Assembly: GCA_051294375.1 (NCBI GenBank)
Contig: JBJCIZ010000868.1
Span: 9,988 to 73,987 of the forward strand
Direction of reading: 5' to 3'
From: Paraspadella gotoi
Lineage: Eukaryota; Animalia; Chaetognatha
DNA length: 64,000 bases
The position numbers and the translations under genes are program-made. The notes beneath the pieces were generated by a model. The model was not told the DNA's origin and made no database searches. It was given only the letters and a program-made list of their open reading frames with translations. Of this stretch, positions 38,207 to 51,830 are shown one piece after another; the stretch's first letter is position 1; every line of letters starts with the position of its first letter.

Positions 38207-39189
38207 GGACGATCTCGCCTTCCTTGACGAGCTCGTCCAGACCAGTGAAGGCTCCAACAACAACAACAATGACAACGGAAAAGTCGGGATCCTTNNNNNN
38301 NNNNNNNNNNNNNNNNNNNNNNNNNNNNNNNNNNNNNNNNNNNNNNNNNNNNNNNNNNNNNNNNNNNNNNNNNNNNNNNNNNNNNNNNNNNNNNNNNNNN
38401 NNNNNNNNNNNNNNNNNNNNNNNNNNNNNNNNNNNNNNNNNNNNNNNNNNNNNNNNNNNNNNNNNNNNNNNNNNNNNNNNNNNNNNNNNNNNNNNNNNNN
38501 NNNNNNNNNNNNNNNNNNNNNNNNNNNNNNNNNNNNNNNNNNNNNNNNNNNNNNNNNNNNNNNNNNNNNNNNNNNNNNNNNNNNNNNNNNNNNNNNNNNN
38601 NTTCCCAGTCCGACAGTGAGCAGCGATGTTTCGACCGACCTCCCGATTACCAACGATGTTGCTGTTGTTGTCGCTATCGCGGGGGCATCCGATCACGGGG
38701 ACGACAAAGAGGAAGCGGGAGGACGGTGAGGCAACGCCAAGAGCCCCGACCTATTGCTCCCAAGGGCGCAGCCACTGAGGGTGATTCCACCTACCTCTTA
38801 CTCGTACCCGGTAAAAGAACAAACAAATGGACATACGCAACAAAACGAATTTATTAATAAAAAAAAATTAAACTTTTCTTTCCAGGGAATCTCAATCTTC
38901 ATTGTCGGGGCCACTATGGGAGCCATTCTGTCGTTGGCGACGGTGGCGTTTTGCAGATGCCAACCTTGACGACTTACGATCCCGGATCTTGAGTCGGGTC
39001 TGGACGACGACGACGCCGAAGACGTTACCCATCCAAAGTCGGCGGAAGGCGGCGACGCGGAGATCGCGAACAACGACAGTGAAAATTGACGACAAAAAGA
39101 GAGGGGGCGACGGCGACGATGACGAAGACAACGGCGACGATGATTGTGCCCCCGAGCCTTTACCTCCCGGGTCTGACACATTCCCGTAA
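38207..39189 (+). CDS. 3' exons of the antisense gene of B1 (acidic ectodomain, TM helix, acidic tail), slightly frameshifted and gapped
   Basis: DDLAFLDELVQTSEG..; intron GTAAAAG...TTTTCTTTCCAG at 38811-38885; GISIFIVGATMGAILSLATVAFCRC; ends ..PEPLPPGSDTFP*. Confidence 0.6.
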
Positions 39190-39333
39190 TTCGTTAAATA
39201 TTATTGTTTGTTTTATTCTAGTTATTTTTACTTTTACTATTTTTGAATTAGAATTATATTTTTTCGGACGAAACACTTTTTTCCCAGAGAACGAGTGTCT
39301 CAGCAGTGCAGGCGCTGCGGCGCAGCTGCCTTT

Positions 39334-42300
39334 TTAACGAATCTTAGCTGAGCCAGAGTCGAGATCAAAATCTGTTAGACTGGTTGGTAACTTTTTCTCT
39401 CGAGTTGAACGACGAAGAGGCGGTTCCTCTTGTTTGTTATTTTCATCATCTCTTTCATCATCATTTCTGTCAGCATTCGAGACTGAGTCATTCTGTGTTT
39501 GGCTCTTTTTTCTTTCAACTACGGCTTTAAGATGATTTGCATGAATGATTCTCTCGTTCCCATTTTGTGAATTTCTAATTACATAGTTTACATCAGAAAG
39601 ACATTTAACTACTTCGAATTCTGTCTCATGATATTTTGAGAGAAAACGACTTAGCTTCATCAGCCGAGATCGCGAATTTTTTGTAAAGTACGCGATCACC
39701 TGATTCAAACTTTGGCATTTGAGCACGGAGATCATAATACTTTTCTGGGTTGCGAGTGATTTACCCATTTTTTTCGGCGACAGCTTGGAAGAGGCGGGAC
39801 TGTCGATCTTGCAGTCCACGGACAACAGCTGGAATGGATTGACGTGGCGTGTCGACCGGAAATGCCAGAGATGCTGGGGTAAACATCTCTGAACCAGTCA
39901 GCAACTTAAATGGGCTGAAGCCAGTGGAATTGTGAGGTGTGCAATTGATCGCATATTGCGCCTTTTTAAGGCGAGAGTCCCATTCAGCACCGTCAAGACG
40001 GTCGCCGTCCGCATCCGGTTCCATCAACATGGATGTCAACAAACCGGAAGTGGACCTGAGATGGCGCTCACCAAGCCATCACCCATTGGATGATAAGCTG
40101 TCGTTTTGGACTTGTTAATATTTAACAAGGAGAAGTTGCGGCATCACTGTGGAAATTACTAGCACGGTCACTGGGAGAGTTTGTGGGCAACCATATGTGG
40201 GATCCAGCGGTCGTACAATGTGGTCAGTACTTCTTCTGTGGTCATGCCTTTGAGGGCCTCCAACACACAGAATCTCGTGAAATAATCTTGCATATATCGA
40301 TTACCCTTTTGGTGACTGGCAACGGACCTTTTATGTCCATTGCCACACGCTCATTGAAGTAGGAGCAGAAATCTTGCTGCAGAGGAGCTTTGCTGTTGTG
40401 GAGCTTTCGTCTTTGGCAGATTTTACAAGATTTCACCCAATCTTCTACTGAAGCTGCAATCCCAAAGAAAAAGTATCTTTTCCTAAGGGATTCAATGGTT
40501 TTGTTGATTCCCAGTGGCCCATGTCATCATGATAGGCCTTTATCACATCTGGGATCAACTTTTCCGGAACTACAGCCAGGAAACTTTCAGTTCCATCAGT
40601 TTCTGTCCAAATTCTGTGACAACGTTGTCCTTTACTTTGAACTGATCAAAACTGGCGTAATAAGATCGAAGGGCGGGGCTTTCTTTTCGGATCCCTTTTC
40701 CTTCAGGACGTTGGCCGGCCTCTAACCAAGCACGGAGCTTGGTCAGATCCCCATCGTCCTCCTGCAACTGTTGCCACATCTTCCACCGATCCTCACTATC
40801 TGGAGCGTCCCCCAAGCTTGGGTCGGCGGCTTCAGAGCCGTTTTCCCGGGATTAGCTCTTGTCGCAACAGGAGCTACTACTACAGTCACAGGAGAGACTC
40901 CTTCGACTACTTCACCCCATCGACCCTCAGGTGATGGGTCAGATCTTGAAAGATCAACTCGGCTGAGAAGATCAGGTCCAAGATTCTGCTTACCAGGCAA
41001 GTGCTTAATTTTGAAGTCACCAAACTCTGCCAACTTCCAAGGATTCGAATTACGAAACCTTGTGGTTGACGGGCTCGTAAGAGATATGTAAGGGCTTTAC
41101 AGTCACTGTGGATGACAAAGTCCTTCTTGGAAAGCAGATAGGCTTTGCAATTTTCCATAGCTAAATGCAAAGTTTTCAGCTCACCCATGAAAGCTGAGTC
41201 TGGAGACTTCTGCTTCTTGCCTTCTCGGACTGGTCCTTTATGGGATTGACTCCCATAGAGAATTGGCCTTAGTTTGCCAGACTCCTCATCTTGTTGCTCA
41301 AGATCCAACTAGATGCTGTCTGAGACCAATCAGTCCCGAGATGAAATGTCTTGTCAAAATCAGGCAGCTTCAAAACCAAATCGGAGCACAGAACTTGCTT
41401 CAATTCATCAAAAGCAGTTTGGCAATCTTCTGTCCACTTGAAGGCAACATCCTTCTGGGACAGCCTATAAAGGGGCCTTGCAATCAACGAAAAGTTTGGG
41501 ACAAACTTTCGATAAAAATTAAAAAGGCCACAAAGGATTGGACTTCCTTTACTGTTGTAGGAGTTGGCCAATTCAACACTGCTTTTGTTTTATTAATTTC
41601 GGGCTTTATCCCTTCCGATTGACCACGTGACCAAGAAGTTGAATCTCATTTTTACACAGGGACATTTACTGGGCTTGGCCTTTAGCCCAGCCACTTCTAA
41701 CCTTGTCAGTACTTCCTCTAGATGGATTAAGTGATCATCAAGTTATGATCAAAGACATTATATCGTCAAGGTAAGCGAGGCAAGTACTGAAGGTCAGACC
41801 ATGCAGAGCCAGTGACATGAGCTCTGTGAAGGTACCTGGACTTCCTTGCAAACCAAAGGGCATCCGATTCCAGCAATATTGCAGGCCATTTGGCACCTGG
41901 AAAGCCGTAAGTGGACGACTTTCTGGTTCCATTGGCACTTCCAAGAATCCCCAATTAAGGTCAATCTTGGAGAACCATTGTGTCCCGAATGGCATCAAAC
42001 ACATCACTCATCCTTGGATGACCCTGGATGAGACAATGGTATTCAGATTCAACTTCCGGTAATCAATTGCAAATCTTGCATTTTGGTGGACGGTTCCATC
42101 CTCGTCCTTTTTGTCCACAAGCACAGGGTAAGTGCGATGAGGACTGGAAATCTGGAGATGATTCCAGCTTCCTTAGATTTTTTACGTGCTCTTCAGCAGC
42201 TTTTTGCTTGGCAAGGGGAAATTGCCTTGGTGGTTCCACCACAGCAGTAACCCCTTCCTTAAGTGTGATCTTATGTTCCACCAACGAGGTCTTACCAATG

Positions 42301-43160
42301 TCCCAAGTACCTCGAGAAATGGCGCGATACTTCCGCCTTAACAGAGCTGAAACCTTTTGTTTTTTCTCTTCATCCAGATGGGCAAGATTAACTAATCCCA
42401 TCTGGATGACCATCTGGAGATTCATCTCCTTCAACATCATGACTCATATCAATCACTTCGTCGGCGGCGGGTCCAGCGCTACGCAGGGTGAAGCAACTCC
42501 CATCGTACTGCGACGATAAAGCTTCATTGGTGTCGCGAACCAGTTCTTGATCAGAACCGGGACGGACTTAGCGGGACGGACAGCATAGCGCGGGATTACC
42601 ACTCCATACCGGCGGCAAGCATAACTACAATCTATCTCCAACAAATCTTCATCAGAAAAATCAGATTCAACATCAACATATTTATCATTTGCTCATGACC
42701 CGGAATGACAATAGTCTCTCTCAGTTTCAGATTACATTCAGATTTAGTAGTGACAGAAAATATTTTAGCCATTTCACCCATCCCCTTTTTTCCTTCATGA
42801 TATCTTAACCATTTGTTATTGCATGACACGGTTTTGTTTTTAATATCTAAAGTCATTGAAAATAACTCCATTCCTTTTAACCCAGTATACAAATATCTCT
42901 TTCTTTAACCACATGAAACAGTACATTTTTTACTAAACTGTTTACTTTACATTTCATTACAATAGACCCTAACATGCCTAGATCTCCTCCCCAACCCCAA
43001 CAATCCTCACTGACCCCCTTTCTAGTGGCTTACTAATTTTTAAAATGTCACGTAAAATATCCACAGAAATAAGATTTAAAGAGCCACTTCCAGTATCTAA
43101 CATAGTTTCTAGGGTCCTCTCACCCAAAAGTGAGGGGATGAAAGGTCCAGGGATGCGCAG
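39334..43160 (-). pseudogene. pol: Frameshifted pol of B1 (PR, RT, RNase H, integrase)
   Basis: MLDTGSG (~43103-43083); FSKIDLNWGF; MPFGLQGSP; YLDD; TDWS; HLPGKQNLGPDLLSR; GHWG..C..CQ; VAMDIKGPLP. Confidence 0.9.
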
Positions 43161-43162
43161 GT

Positions 43163-44693
43163 CTAGTTTGTGGATGACGCTGGCGTCGTCGGCGGCGTCA
43201 CTTCCGGGGCGTCATTTCCGGCGGCGTCAGCGTCTGCATCAGTGGGAACAGGCGAGTCGACGGCGACTGGATCCTCGAGCACCTCGGTGGCGTCCAAATC
43301 CACGGGTGGCGCCGCGGCGAGTGGGCGTGGAGCTCTCTCGGCGCACGCACTTCCGGTTTCGCCGGACGCGCCGATGGCGTCGCTACGAGTTTGGTCGACG
43401 TCGTCCGTCTCGTTCCCGGCGCCAGTGCTTTCATCTTTGCCCGGCGCGGTTTTTCCTTTCCCTTGGAATTGGCGAGGACGTTTTTCCGGGTGTAGCTGCC
43501 AACAATCGGCGCGGCGATGATTGGTGGTGCCACAGTGCCAACAACCAGACGATGAAGGAGCGGCGCCATTCCGATGGGCGCCGGTTGCGCCGGTGGCGTG
43601 TACGACGGCGCGCGGTTCCTCTGAGTAGCCCCTTGTTTCAAACGAGCGAGCTAGCGACACGGCGCGATCGATGGTTTCGGGGAAAAGATCACGTACCTTT
43701 TCCCCCAGCTCTCCGCAGAGATTGTTGACAAAGACGTCCCTCGTCCTTTCCTCGATTTGCTTGCCCGTGGCCGTGAGACCATAGGCGCGAACAGCAAGGG
43801 TCTGGAGACGCGCTGCGAAGTTGAGCAAGGACTCTCCTGGCTTTTTGACGGCAGAGTTGAGGTCATGACGAGCAGCGGTGTCCATTGATGTCTCAACCTT
43901 CCGACTAAGATGATCCCTGATGTCCTCGTAGGTCGCCTCGGGATTTTGGATCATAAAAGTCGCGGCCAGGGACCTTGGAATGCCTTTCAGCAAAGCGAGA
44001 TACTTTGCCGACCAGTACTCCTTACGGAGCCCGCATGCGCTGGCTTCAGCTTCGAATGCAAAGCTGAATGCCCTAATGGAGTCAGTTTCCGAATATGTCG
44101 GGAAGGTGGGTTTAAGCGGAGAATGATGACGGACGACGCGAGCAACAGCGCCTCCACTTCCGGCGGCGGCGGCTGGAGTCGACGTAACCGGCGTGGCCAG
44201 AACCGGCGACGAGGCATCGACGGGCGCGGCGGCGGCATGGGCCGCCACGGGAGCAGCTTCCGGCGCTGAAGAAGTGATGCCGGGGGCGTTAACCACGTCG
44301 ACGCCGCGGGCGTCGATCTCGTCGTATCCCAACAGCGGAGTCACATACTCACTTGGTTGAGTAATGAGTGGAGACGGTGTCGGCGGCGTTACCGGCGTCA
44401 GCGCGTCGGCGGCGTCGCGGGTGTCGGTGGAGATGGCAGCGCTGGTGGCGCAGGAGGCGACGCCGCAGTGTCGCTCAAAGAGGCGGCGGTCGGCGTCCTA
44501 GACAATGCTGCTACGGATGAGCAAGCAGCTGCATCCCCTGCGACATCTGCTGCATCATCGCCATCATCTGATGCAGTGCCGGCCCGAATTGGTTGGCTGA
44601 AGTCGATGCAGATGGCGGCGGCAGCGGCGTCCGCGGCGTCGCCGTCGATTCCTCTCCCGGCAGAGTCGGCTCTCTCGTCGTTTCGTCGTTCAT
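43163..44693 (-). CDS. gag: Gag of B1 (5' part frameshifted)
   Basis: 393-aa ORF with KKPGESLLNFAARL (MHR-like) and CCHC knuckle CWHCGTTNHRRADC. Confidence 0.85.
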
Positions 44694-45331
44694 TTTCTTT
44701 TTTATTTTTCGCTTTTTGTTTTTTACGTTTAAGAAAAATAAAAATTACTATTAAAATTAGTTGCATGAAAAATGCGAGCGCAGAAATAGACGATGACGTT
44801 GGATCAGTTAATTCGCCGAAACACGAGCCCAGAGAACCGAGAGTGACATTCGAGTTCGCCGTGATTACACCAGTCGATGAGAAGCGCAGTGAAAAATGGC
44901 ACTAGACGATCCCAAAGCCGATGCCACCACTTGTAGAGGGGCCGAATATTCTAGCTTGCACTCCTATCTTTTAGTGACTTAGCAGCGTGTTTTAGTGATA
45001 ATCACGGATTTTGGTGACAAGTTTATTTGAACGGAAATCACAAGAGCAGCAATTACAACCTTCTTCTTCTTCTTCTAGATCTATTCTACAATTTCTTTTA
45101 TACTTTTAATTGAAACAGTCTACAAAGCCTATTGGCTGATAATTACAAGTTGCAATGTACATTGAATGCGCAGACGACGATTTTGGGGGTAGGGCCCATA
45201 ATCGCCGTCTCCCATAGGACGATAATTATTTAATTATTTTACACCAATCAGATACGTCTGCCTCTGGTGGCCAGCTCAGAAACTAGTATTTATAACTTTT
45301 CCCTTTACGAGTTTTACGATGACAATAATGG

Positions 45332-45362
<31 letters not shown>

Positions 45363-45855
45363 GGGGTGTTTTCCCTTTACAGAGATCCTGAGTATTATTA
45401 TATAAAGCCTGTCCAAAGTCAGGGGCAAGATAGCTTATTTATTAAATGAATGGATAATTTTTATATTGGTTGTACCAATTTCATAAGAAAGAAAATAAAA
45501 TCGCCAGACGAATTCCTTAGAAATTCCATTGTCCAATAAGAAATTATTTTGAATTCTTTTTTGTAACCAAAGTTTCTCTCTCTATGAAAATGAATGCCAC
45601 TTTGTACAATTAGCCAATTCGATTACATTCGCTTTTCTGATTTCCATAAATCGATTCATCTCATTTTGTTCGCCATTTTTAGCTCGACCACCTCCACTAT
45701 TGTTTGCTCAAACTTGTTTGCCAAAAATCCTGATTTTTTAAAACCGGAAGTGGCGCAACGAAAAAAATGGCTTTTAAGATCCATAATGAGCATCCAGGGA
45801 AATTTTTTTATTGTGGAATTCGTTTTTTTCACTTAATTTGGCACAAGAAACATTT

Positions 45856-46071
45856 CAGATTTTGGGAACTTTCTAAAATGTATGATATTTGTAACTTTTT
45901 TATTTAATTTACACCTTGTGGAACTTTGCAGATTTTGGGAACATTCTAAAGTGTATGATATTTGTAACTTTTTTATTTAATTTACACCTTGTGGAACTTT
46001 GCAGATTTTGGGAACTTTCTAAAATGTATGATATTTGTAACTTTTTTATTTAATTTACACCTTGTGGAACT
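45856..46071. repeat. 73-bp tandem repeat x3
   Basis: CAGATTTTGGGAAC starts at 45856, 45929 and 46002. Confidence 0.9.
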
Positions 46072-46641
46072 CTTAAAATACTTTAAAAGGAATTCTAAAA
46101 AATCAAATTTCTCGCATAAACCAAAACTGTATAGCATACAATATAAATCAGTTAGTACTTTATAATTTTATATATTTAAAACAATTGAAGCTGCAGTATA
46201 CTGCAGCAAGTTGAAGTACCATATAATTACCGGGATAAGGTCCCAGACTTATAAAATACTTATTAGCATATACTAAGATTCATTTTGATATAATTTCAAT
46301 CAATTTGGGCCTAAGACTTAGTAAGAGCATTATGATCCATGTAATACAGTATCTAAATTCATTTGTATATTGCAGGATAGGGCGAATTAAATATAGTGCT
46401 CAACTGTACTTGTAACCAAAATTATGTCACTCTCGAACCATTATTTAATACAAATGTAAAAACTTTAAAAAGAGAGCCTAAAGATGTCGCTGCGATCGCT
46501 AGAACGGAGGCATTTTCTATGTCAGTAAAAAAGAACAAAAGAGCAACGGGGAAAAGGTATAAAGAAGCCGGATTTCATCATAATATAAAAGATAGTTATT
46601 TCGTAACAGCAAGTAAGAAACTACTGGTATCTAACACTTAC

Positions 46642-46869
46642 ATTATTTTTTTTCCAGGCAGATCTTCCTTGACCGCATTCTTGACATTCTTTACCATTAA
46701 CAGCAACAGTTCCTTTTTCACATATGTGACAAAAATCTGATCCAACAATATTACTAATAGATCCTGTTGGGCATTTTCTACACATTATTGATCTCATTTT
46801 ATTACTAAAGTATGATTCTGGGCATTTTTCACAGTAATGCTGTTTGTTCTTGCTTTGATATTCTCCAGG
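46642..46869 (-). CDS. Host exon with Cys-rich ephrin-receptor-like repeats
   Basis: AG|PGEYQSKNKQHYCEKCPESYFSNKMRSIMCRKCPTGSISNIVGSDFCHICEKGTVAVNGKECQECGQGRSAWKKNN|GTAAGT, 228 nt, open. Confidence 0.8.
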
Positions 46870-47018
46870 CTATTTGATTATGACCCATTTATTTTCATGA
46901 TAAACTGATCTCATGCATTGATTAATAATTATAAATTTAAAGAAGCATCCTTTAGTTTTTAAGGCTAAATTAAAAAAAATAGAATAAATTTGTCACCAAT
47001 TTTCTTAAGAAGTTTTAA

Positions 47019-49003
47019 GGCCTGGGATCACTGGCCAAAAGTTATAATTATGATTAAATAAAGCTTGTATCGAAAAGTAGAGGTCCAGTTGATTCTGAAA
47101 ATGTATTCACTTTATCTTCTCTTCGAATCCATTGCTGTTTTTTTCGAATTTTATAATACTATATAAAATAAAAGAAACCTTTTGGAAGAGTTGCGGCCCA
47201 AACGGCTAAAGGGATTTTTATGAAATTTTACATAAATTTACTTGAGGACAAAGGTCCCAATTCTATGAGAGGGATTTTCAAATTCACTTATCTTCATAAG
47301 AAAAAAAAAAGAATAAGAAAATTGTGGCATTAAATTCTAAATATCTTGAAAACTAGTAACATTTTCCAAAATCCCTCTCATAGAATTTTCTCCCACCTTT
47401 CCATACTTATAAAAATAATTTTAGTTTATTTTTATTTCAAACGGTTTAGCTCCAACTCTTTTTGTTTATTTTTTTTTTCTTTTTTTTGTAGATTTTACAG
47501 AACTGAAAGTCGAGCAAAGAACTTTAAAATTGATACGCTTTTCCAAAATCTATTTTCATTTCTTAGGACTAAGCTCTGACGAACAAAGCCTGAGGTTTTT
47601 TTAATATATTCTTATACCGCCAAGGTAGAATGATGGCAATATTGTTAATATTAAGTTTCAAAAAAATCCGACAATTAATATAGAAAATATTAACCAAAAT
47701 CTTCGGAAAATTCACCCCTTCTTTGGAAGATTTTCGCCATAGAAGATTTTTTCCCGAATCTGACTCCCGGTTAAAAACTCTTAGAATTCCGATCGTTAGC
47801 TCCTCTTTTATTTTTACTTTAAATAAAAATTTCACCAAAATGGACTAATTTACTTTTACTATGATGGTATCATATCAAAATAATCAAATAAAATGTAAAG
47901 AAAAATTTTGAGAGCCCTTCAGACACTTTGCCAAAGGATTCCAAAATTGGACGTCATTTGTTGAACAGGAACATTCCTCAGTCACGTTTATATCGTTTTC
48001 AAGGAAAAAATCCCTTTCATTTCTAATATAAAATCAGAGATGAAAAATGTTTCCGTCCAGAAGCAGTCTATTTGTTCTGGCTTGTTTGATATCAAGATGT
48101 TGAAGATTTGAAAGAGAAAAAAAATGCGAGCCCTTCAGATGCAACAGGATCAGAATCAAGTGTTTTACATTGATATTTTACCAGAATTTTTACCAGGAGC
48201 GTTTATATTGTTTGGTAGTCAGATTTGAACGAAAATCTCCATTGAAAAAGTCTTCCTCAATCTCTAAGAACGACGTAGACTCCTACATTTCTAGTTTAAA
48301 TGATGGCTTTACCGATCTTTAAAGTTTTATCCAAATTTTGTACAATTTTTTTTAAATTAACAAATGGCTGTGGCTGGGGAAAGCAGTCAGTTAACAAGGA
48401 GGAATGCTGTTTATTTATTTTTTTCTCAGTCTTGTTTTGAACCAGTTTTGAACCTGGGTAACAGAAACTAAAAGTCAAAAGCAGAGCATGAAGCTGGTCC
48501 GTCTGTGGAATCTGTGGCAGTCTATGGCACCATTGAGGGTTGTTATCAAAGTGGACCCAACTTAAGATGCCAGGGGACGAATGTCTTTGAATTTTACAAT
48601 TTTACAATTTTTAATTATTCTTTTTTGTAATAAAATGATAATAGACATCCTCATATAAGCGTTCTGCTCTCTCTCTATATAAACGTTTATGATTTCATCA
48701 TTAATTGATTCTATAACATAATTGGAATGACTTGGTTTTAGTTGTTAGTATTACACTGAGGTAGGTGCTGTTAATTGAAAACAAAATTAAAAATTTGCGT
48801 TTAAAAATGACTTTACCGTGTTGGATGAAATTTTTAAGGTTTACTGATAAAAAAAATTGCCCGATTTTTAGTTACCTCTTGAAGCTGAACCTTAATCAAA
48901 TTTAGAGTTTTTTTTTTTTAAACGTGAAGGGAATACACTTTCTTTGACATAATAATAAATTGTACAAAGCTTTATGCAATTCTTGTTTGAATGATCCCAG
49001 GCC
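47019..49003. mobile_element. Non-autonomous TIR transposon with TTAA TSD (Kolobok-like)
   Basis: TTAA-GGCCTGGGATCA ... TGATCCCAGGCC-TTAA, a perfect 12-bp TIR with RR termini. Confidence 0.75.
47564..48285. mobile_element. Second copy of the TAGGA...TCCTA element, nested in the Kolobok-like element
   Basis: 7-bp TSD CATTTCT on both sides; colinear with 34168-34865. Confidence 0.8.
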
Positions 49004-50230
49004 TTAAGCCATCAGGGGTTGCCGAGTACTACTGACATCAGTGATCTTATCAGCTATCTAAAATCATCAAAGGTTTTTAAAAGATTTGAATCCTCAGTGG
49101 TGCCTCAAAACAAAATTTATTTTTTGACTATTATTGTAGCTCAGCTTATTTTATATAATAATACTTCTATACAGTAGCGCGTTTAAGGATAACAAAATAC
49201 AAGATATTTAATTCCATTAATTATTATTTTAATGTAATAAGGTCTGAAGAATTCGATGATGATAACATTTTTTTATAGCATCAACGAATAAGGGACTCGC
49301 AGCTGCAGGAGAATCCACCATCAGCAGCCGCAGCAGGAGACGGAGCCCACGAGGCCCACGCGGACCAAGACCCGAACAAAGGAGGCTCTCATAAACTCTA
49401 TGACCCGAACAGGACCAAGAGCCAATAAGGAGAAGAAGAGGATTATAGGAGACTAAGTTGTGGGCCAATGAGAACACGGCCCAGGGTCTTGGTGAAGTGA
49501 GAGAGAGAGAAAAGTAGATGGTAGGATTTTGCTGTGAATGATCTTCAGATTGTTTCTTGCGCTCACAAAGGAAAGAGCTATTGAAAATATTCGCCTGACT
49601 TTACCTCGTGTTTGAATATTAATAAAATCCCTTATCGTTGTCACTTGTAGCATCACTGCAGCACCGGGACAACTGTCGCCTAAAGTTGCTTTACGGGTTC
49701 TTTGGCTTTGCTGACTCCACTGGCTCGCTAATCAATTCTTTCTCGTCTCACTTCTTCTTCTTTACTATCNNNNNNNNNNTTTTATGGTCTTAAACATCAA
49801 GATGCTAAGAGAGAGAGAGAGAGAGAGACAGAAATAGTAAAGGGAGAGATATTTTTAGAGAGAGTGGGAGACATCCGGGATGTACGTGAGCGACTGTGAA
49901 TTTCGAAGATGAGGGAGAAGAAAGCGAGAAGACGAAGGAGAGGAAGAAGGCGAGACAGAGGCCTATTCCTTATAACTCGACCCCTCAAAGAAAAAGAAGA
50001 TGTCCTCATCTTCCTAAGTCTCCCTGATCCCCACTTTTATGACCTTAAGTCTACCTTCGTCGCTTTCTCTGGTCGACCCGAGCCTGGCCGTCGCACCCAG
50101 TGGTAATAAAATCCTCGCCTCTCTCGACCTCCGAGCAAATTATTTTAATCCTTTGAATTTTTTGAAACTTTGCATTCTACCCCCTCAAGACAACTCTTTT
50201 TTACTGTTTACCCATCTTCACCGGGTAATC

Positions 50231-51830
50231 ATGGATTTGAACAAGTACGTATATCGTAAACAAAAAGAACGAGTACCAGTAATCAGGGAAACATGCGGAA
50301 TTAGAAATAATATTAAAATCGTAACATAATTATTCACCGAGAAATATACTTTTCTCGAACGTAAACAAAATGACATCGTTTTCACTGGAGTTTACTTGAA
50401 CTATAGTTTTAGGGAACCGTACTTAGAATTGATCATGGAGAAGTTTCAAAAAGAAAATAATAACATTGTCATGATCGATAATTAATTCTACTGGCTCCTG
50501 GAGGAATATAAAAAAAACTAATAATAATTCCTTGACTATTATTGAGTTGTCGGAATACAAACGAAAGGGGGAAGACCACGAATGAACTGTTAACAAATGA
50601 TTTTGTAACAATAATTTTGAAAAGAAAAATTTATTCATTTCACTGCCAGAAACAAATTCGTCGATAGCCTAAAGTTTCTCATATCATTACTTATTGACGA
50701 GAATTTATTTCCGTTACATAACGTATACAAGGCCATCAGTACTAAATGTATTTTTATACAAAATAAGATCATAATAATAATTCCATCGTGTAATCACGAA
50801 AAACGTTCTATCTGACTCGATAGAACAGAAAAACTAAATGAATTCTCCTGGACTTATTTCAACAACATGAAATAACACGTACAAGACTCAAACGTAATGA
50901 TTAATATTATTTGGCAATATTATGGAGCATATTAATTTGCAAGATTTTGACTGGATCATGGTATTAATTTTAGTTATGTTTTAATTATTCATTTTAGCTC
51001 ACCCAAACTTGTGTTTAACGCTTGCCGGCGTTGTCGGGGCTGACACGTCCCAGAGGCACGCCTCGTGTGCAACTATTTGGCGGGCTGCCTTGGCACAGTG
51101 CTCCGGGAGGTGCACTTTAACTCGAATGGGAATGGAGGCATCATCAACGTGGCGCAGCTGGTTCCCAGCTGCGCCTTGCCTCCTCCCGGCCCGCGACCTG
51201 CACTCCCGGACGATTCCGCGGTGGCGGAGGCGGTGCCAGTGATGGGGCACTTCTCCCTACCCTCGCCGCGTTCGCCGTGCTCCTCTCCGCCATTGGCGAA
51301 GTCACCATCTTCACCTGTTTCCCAAACGTCCGAAGAATTCCTTGGACGACGACCATCTTCTTCCGTCCGCGTGGCGTCCAATTTGTCGCCATCTTCCGCG
51401 GCGGCCAGGGACTCCTCACCGGGATCGGCGTCCCTCCCCCTTTCGGCGATCGTCTCGGATTACGAGAGCGTCGCCGGCGAAATCTTCCGCCGGCGAAGAA
51501 TCAGAAAATGACTCGGAACCTGACTCTCCGGTTTTGGAGAGATCTCGTTCCGGGTCGCCGTCAGCACCAGGATCTCCCAGGTCGGAGAGATCCCGTTCTG
51601 GATCTCCATCCCCGGCACCGTCACCTCAGACATCTCCTCGGGACTCTCCGAGGAGTCCTCCATCTCCGCGATCAGAGCGATCTGGTTCGGAAGAGCCGTC
51701 ATCTGCAGACGCCAGCCCGGCGCCATCTTCTCCGGCGGCTCTCAATGATGACGATGATGATGATGATGACGACGACGGTGGAATGGACGTCGAAGACATC
51801 GACTTCGAGGAGGGGGACTCCATGGATTAG
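50231..51830 (+). pseudogene. Putative antisense cargo gene of Gypsy C (degenerate AT-rich exon, short intron, S/P/R-rich exon with acidic C-terminus)
   Basis: ATG at 50231; GTATT...TTCATTTTAG at 50961-50997; overlapping GC-rich ORFs to ..DDDDGGMDVEDIDFEEGDSMD*. Lies 3' of, and convergent to, the C integrase. Confidence 0.4.

Larger units (their letters stand above)
32889..45381 (-). mobile_element. Ty3/Gypsy LTR retrotransposon B1, with foreign DNA at 33744-38205
   Basis: 5' LTR 44932-45381 (TGTAGAGGG...CCCTTTACA); PBS-like TGGTGGCATCGG (44929-44918); partial 3' LTR 32889-33183 next to PPT complement ACCCTCCCCCCC; gag-PR-RT-RH-INT. Confidence 0.9.

Noticed and set aside
38207-39189. Canonical env gene
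   Set aside because: Wrong strand, low complexity, and no furin site/fusion peptide or Cys pattern; reported instead as an antisense accessory gene.
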